Shown here in pieces: positions 38,501 through 42,204 of a stretch of DNA of 42,204 bases (position 1 is the stretch's first letter; every line of letters starts with the position of its first letter). The DNA lies in contig JBDSAB010000269.1 in assembly GCA_039922395.1 (NCBI GenBank), positions 1 to 42,204 on the forward strand. Direction: 5' to 3'. This DNA is from Caldimonas sp. (GTDB lineage Bacteria; Pseudomonadota; Gammaproteobacteria; Burkholderiales; Burkholderiaceae_C). The translations under genes were made by a program, and so were the position numbers. Under the pieces are notes generated by a model. It did no database searches. It had not been told where the DNA came from and was given only the letters and a program-made list of their open reading frames with translations.

Positions 38501-40936
38501 ATGAAGCTGTCGCTGCAGTCGCTGTCGATCAAGGCGCGGATCATCGCGGTCGCGGTCGCGACGACGACGTTGGCGCTGCTGTCGGCTTCGGCGATCTTTG
38601 TCTACAACCAGACCGCCGCCGCGCGCGAGTCGATGGTGACGTCGGCCACCGCGCTGGCGCGCATCTCGGCGATCAACGTCGCGCCCGCGCTGGCGTTCCG
38701 CGACCGCACCGCGGCGGCCGAGATCGCCGGCACGCTGGCCAAGGAAACGGGCATCCTGGTCGCTCACATCGCGCTCCTCGACGGCACGCAGTTCGCTGGG
38801 GCGCGCAGCGCCGAGCCGCAACTGAGGGACGTCGTCGAGCAGATCCGCCACACCGAGGCGACCCACCGGCGCAATCGCCTGGTGCTCGATTCGGGCGCGG
38901 CGTCGCACCACACGTTCGAACCCGGCTACATCCACCTGATCCACCGGATCGAGGTGGACGGCAAGATGATCGGCTACCTCGACCTCGCTGTCGACGACGC
39001 CGGCCTGCAGGCGCAGGTTCGCCGCCAGCTCGCGTTCGCCGCGCTCGTCTTTGCCGGGTCGCTGGGGGTCGCCTACCTGCTCGCTTCGTGGTTGCAGCGC
39101 TTCATCTCGGCGCCGCTGGTCGGCCTCGCGTGGATGATGCGCGATGTGACGCGTCGCGGCGACTACTCGGTGCGCGCGACCAAGACGACGCGCGACGAGG
39201 CCGGCGTGCTGGTCGACGGCTTCAACGCGATGCTGGGCCAGATCCAGGGGCGCGACCAGGCTCTGGCGCAGGCGGTCGCCGAGCTGAAGGTCGCGAAGCG
39301 CCAGGCCGACACCGCGAACGCCGCCAAATCGGAATTCCTCGCCGCGATGAGCCACGAGATCCGCACGCCGATGAACGGCGTGATCGGCATGATCGATGTG
39401 CTCGAGCAGAGCAGCCTTCGCCACGATCAGGCCGAGATCGTCAAGACCGTCAAGGAGTCGGCCGAAGCGTTGCTCGTCATCGTCGACGACGTGCTCGACT
39501 TCTCGAAGATCGAAGCGGGCCGATTCCACGTCGAGGCGCTGCCGATGGATGTCGCGCGCGTCGTCGAAGCGGTCGTCGACATGCTGGATCACCTGGCCGC
39601 GCGCAAGGGCGTGGCCTTGTCGCTCTTCATCGATCCGATCCTGCCGGCGCGCGTCCTCGGCGATGCCAGCCGGCTGCGCCAGGTGCTCGTCAACCTGATC
39701 GGCAACGCGATCAAGTTCAGCGGCGGCGCCAGCACAGGCGGCCGCGTCGCGGTCCGCGCGAGTATCTGCAACAGCCGCTCCGCACCGATGCTCGAAGTGA
39801 CCGTGATCGACAACGGCATCGGCATGAACGCGGCGACCCTGGCACGCCTGTTCACGCCATTCACCCAGGCCGACACCAGCACCACCCGGCGCTTCGGCGG
39901 GACCGGGCTCGGGCTGAGCATCTCGCATCGCCTGGTCGAGATGATGGGCGGCGAGATCGGCGTGCGCAGCGAGCTCGGCGAAGGGTCGGTTTTCACGGTG
40001 ACGGTGCCGCTGCGGCCGCTCACCACCGCCGTCGACGACGAGGTGGCGATGCGCGATCTGAACGGCGTGCGATGCCTCGTGCTGGACGACAAGGAAGGAT
40101 TGGCCGAGGACCTGGTGGCCTATCTCGTCGGCAGCGGTGCCGCCGCGCACCGGGTACCGACGCCATCGGCTGCGCAGCAATGGCTGCGCACCTGCGAGGC
40201 GGGCACCTGGATCGGCGTCGTTGCCGACGAGGCGGGCGAGCCGACACGCGCCGCAATCCGGGCAGTCTGCGACGAGCGCCGGGACGTCGATCTGCGCTTC
40301 GTGGTCATCGAACCCGGTCGTCGGCGCCCGCGTGACAGCCAGCGCGGCGAGCCCGTTTACGTGAATCGCGATGTGCTGTGCCGCAGCGTCTTCGTGCGAG
40401 CCGTGGCCCTCGCCGCGCGACAACGCGAGGCCCTGTCGATGCCGGCGAGCATGAACCCTGCACCGCTGCCTACGGCAGTGCCGGCGTTGACTGCGCCGCT
40501 GACCAGAATCCTGGTGGCCGAAGACAACGAAGTGAATCAGACGGTCGTGACGCGTCAGCTCGAGATCTTCGGCTTCACGGCGGACATCGCCGAGAACGGC
40601 CGTCTCGCCTTCGAGCGCTGGCAGGCCGGCGGCTACGACCTGTTGCTGACCGATCTGCAGATGCCCGAGATGGACGGCTTCGAGCTGGTCGTGGCGATCC
40701 GCAATGCCGAAGCGGGCCGAACGCGCATGCCGATCGTCGCCCTGACTGCGAACGCACTGGTCAGCGAGGCCGATCGCTGTCGCAGCGTCGGCATGGACGA
40801 CTGCATGACCAAGCCGATCCAGCTCGAGGGCCTGCGCGCCATGCTCTGCAAATGGCTGCCGGGCAGCGCGGCATCGATGCCGCTGCTTCCAGGGATGACT
40901 GCTGCCGAGGGCATCGAGGCGTCGCTGGCCCGGTAG
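38501..40936 (+). CDS. Hybrid sensor histidine kinase (periplasmic YfiN-like sensor, HAMP, HisKA, HATPase, degenerate REC, REC)
   Basis: TM, '[13 protein letters not shown]' (YfiN/CHASE8-like), TM, HAMP '[14 protein letters not shown]', '[20 protein letters not shown]', 'NLIGNAIKF', 'DNGIG', 'GGTGLGL', REC '[19 protein letters not shown]'. Confidence 0.95.
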   Translation: MKLSLQSLSIKARIIAVAVATTTLALLSASAIFVYNQTAAARESMVTSATALARISAINVAPALAFRDRTAAAEIAGTLAKETGILVAHIALLDGTQFAGARSAEPQLRDVVEQIRHTEATHRRNRLVLDSGAASHHTFEPGYIHLIHRIEVDGKMIGYLDLAVDDAGLQAQVRRQLAFAALVFAGSLGVAYLLASWLQRFISAPLVGLAWMMRDVTRRGDYSVRATKTTRDEAGVLVDGFNAMLGQIQGRDQALAQAVAELKVAKRQADTANAAKSEFLAAMSHEIRTPMNGVIGMIDVLEQSSLRHDQAEIVKTVKESAEALLVIVDDVLDFSKIEAGRFHVEALPMDVARVVEAVVDMLDHLAARKGVALSLFIDPILPARVLGDASRLRQVLVNLIGNAIKFSGGASTGGRVAVRASICNSRSAPMLEVTVIDNGIGMNAATLARLFTPFTQADTSTTRRFGGTGLGLSISHRLVEMMGGEIGVRSELGEGSVFTVTVPLRPLTTAVDDEVAMRDLNGVRCLVLDDKEGLAEDLVAYLVGSGAAAHRVPTPSAAQQWLRTCEAGTWIGVVADEAGEPTRAAIRAVCDERRDVDLRFVVIEPGRRRPRDSQRGEPVYVNRDVLCRSVFVRAVALAARQREALSMPASMNPAPLPTAVPALTAPLTRILVAEDNEVNQTVVTRQLEIFGFTADIAENGRLAFERWQAGGYDLLLTDLQMPEMDGFELVVAIRNAEAGRTRMPIVALTANALVSEADRCRSVGMDDCMTKPIQLEGLRAMLCKWLPGSAASMPLLPGMTAAEGIEASLAR

Positions 40937-41041
40937 CTTGCGGGCGCGCGATGACGGCGTGCGCGGCGCCCGGCCGTGACCCCATCACGGCACGTGGCTT
41001 GCCTCGCTGCGAGATCCTTCCGCCCCCCTTGGAGGCATCTC

Positions 41042-41143
41042 ATGAACGGTTCTTCACTCTTGGTCTGGTGGCTGCTCGGCGCGCCCCTCGTCCTCGCGGT
41101 CATCGATTTGATGCGCACCGGAAAAGGCTCGTCCATGCGGTGA
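41042..41143 (+). CDS. Putative 33-aa single-TM small protein (MNGSSLLVWWLLGAPLVLAVIDLMRTGKGSSMR)
   Basis: GGAGG at 41031-41035, 6 nt before the ATG; hydrophobic core followed by a basic tail; absent from the ORF track. Confidence 0.6.
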   Translation: MNGSSLLVWWLLGAPLVLAVIDLMRTGKGSSMR

Positions 41144-41200
41144 CCCGCCCTCGGTGGTCCGGGCCAGGACAGGAACGCGGCGCCTGCAGCAGACGGCGGC

Positions 41201-41341
41201 TTACACCGACCCGTCGTCGCCACGGACTTGCTCGGCGCGCTCACGATCACGGCGCATCTCCCGGCGCAGGCGAATCAATTCCCAGACCGCCAGCGCGAGC
41301 ACCGACCCGAAGACGAGGCCGAGCTCGATCAGTCCGTACAT
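41201..41341 (-). CDS. Putative 46-aa single-TM small protein (MYGLIELGLVFGSVLALAVWELIRLRREMRRDRERAEQVRGDDGSV)
   Basis: 3' end of ORF 41201..41941; about 20 hydrophobic residues then an Arg-rich tail; 40 nt downstream of crtB on the same strand; no strong RBS. Confidence 0.55.
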   Translation of the reverse strand: MYGLIELGLVFGSVLALAVWELIRLRREMRRDRERAEQVRGDDGSV

Positions 41342-41381
41342 CGTGTCGAGCCGGCTGGGTGCCGCCAGAGCGACGCTCGCG

Positions 41382-42203
41382 TCAGGTCGGCTCGCGCTGC
41401 AATCCCTGCTCGCGCAGCTCGAGCTGCTCGAACAGCGCGACGACCCAGGCGGCGCGGCCGATCCCGCCGCGCTGCGGCGAGGTCGTCGTGTTGTCGGGAC
41501 GCGTCGGCAGCGGGCACGCGGCAACCGCATCAAGAAGGAACTGTGTCGCCGGCAGCGCTCCGAGCGATTGCGTCGCCGAGGCCGGGAACAACCCCATTCC
41601 CGCTTTGACCAGCAGGCGGGCCTTGCGCGCAGCCGGGACGACCGCGCGCTGCGACACCGAATCGAGTCCGCGCCGAGCCACCTCGTGGCCGATGTCGGCA
41701 TACAGGAAGCGCGCTGCATTGATCCCGGCGCGGCAGCCGAGGGGCAGAGAGGCAACCCCGGCATCGACACGCGCATACAGCACGTCGGCGGCATCGAGGA
41801 TGCGACGGACGACGCCGCCGAGCGCCGGCTCGAACGTGGGCGCTGCCAGCCAGCGCTCCGGCTCGATCCCGGCCTCGTGCAACCACGCGCGCGGCAGGTA
41901 GAGGCGACCGTTGCGAGCATCCTCGCCGACGTCGCGCGCAATGTTCGACAGCTGCATCGCGACCCCGAGGTCGCAGGCGCGCGCCACCGCTTCCGCAGAG
42001 CGAACGCCCATCAGCAGCGCCATCATCGCGCCGACCGAGCCGGCGACGCGAGCCGCGTACGCATGCAGGTCATCGAGCGTGTCGTAACGGCGGCCCTCGG
42101 CGTCCCACTCGAAACCCTCCAACAGCGCCTCGAGCAGCGCCCGCGGAATCGCGAACTGCCGGACCACCGCAGCGAGCGCGCGATCCGCCGGCGCCGGCAT
42201 CGG
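41382..42203 (-). CDS. crtB: Phytoene synthase, 5' part beyond the window edge
   Basis: 'LLEGFEWD', 'YAARVAGSVG', 'LGVAMQLSNIARDVGEDARNGRLYLP', 'LYADIG', 'QRAVVP'. Confidence 0.9.
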   Translation of the reverse strand, partial: PMPAPADRALAAVVRQFAIPRALLEALLEGFEWDAEGRRYDTLDDLHAYAARVAGSVGAMMALLMGVRSAEAVARACDLGVAMQLSNIARDVGEDARNGRLYLPRAWLHEAGIEPERWLAAPTFEPALGGVVRRILDAADVLYARVDAGVASLPLGCRAGINAARFLYADIGHEVARRGLDSVSQRAVVPAARKARLLVKAGMGLFPASATQSLGALPATQFLLDAVAACPLPTRPDNTTTSPQRGGIGRAAWVVALFEQLELREQGLQREPT

Positions 42204-42204
42204 G

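Noticed and set aside
40973-40991. CRP/FNR-type site (GTGA...TCAC)
   Set aside because: The spacer is 5 bp rather than the required 6.

Overview
High-GC bacterial chromosomal DNA. The gene content (Bug/TctC protein, MaeB, TRAP system, FdsR-like regulator) suggests a Burkholderiales betaproteobacterium; this is inference. It is a dense accessory/metabolic region of about 37 genes, and I saw no rRNA, tRNA, CRISPR array or mobile element. Left to right: a ModE/FdsR-like regulator; LysR with a divergent Bug transporter and alpha/beta hydrolase; a TauE exporter; an IclR-linked operon (FAD oxidoreductase, Pot/opine-type ABC transporter, DapA-like aldolase); katG; a LacI-controlled operon (PhyH dioxygenase, TRAP, TIM-barrel enzyme); maeB; a ChvGI/PdsSR-like two-component pair divergent from an SPFH plus SH3b-protein operon; a GGDEF-histidine kinase fusion; a crotonase; DUF1203; a PDZ protein with a TonB-like anchor; a metallo-beta-lactamase-fold gene broken by one amber codon in its metal motif; an ArsR-SRPBCC-GFA cassette; a TonB-dependent receptor-YfiR-hybrid kinase operon behind a consensus sigma28 promoter; two small membrane ORFs not called as such in the ORF track; and the 3' part of crtB. 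The best candidates for undescribed systems are the sigma28-driven TBDR-YfiR-kinase cassette and the two-component/SPFH/SH3b module. All family calls come from reading motifs by eye; no database searches were run.
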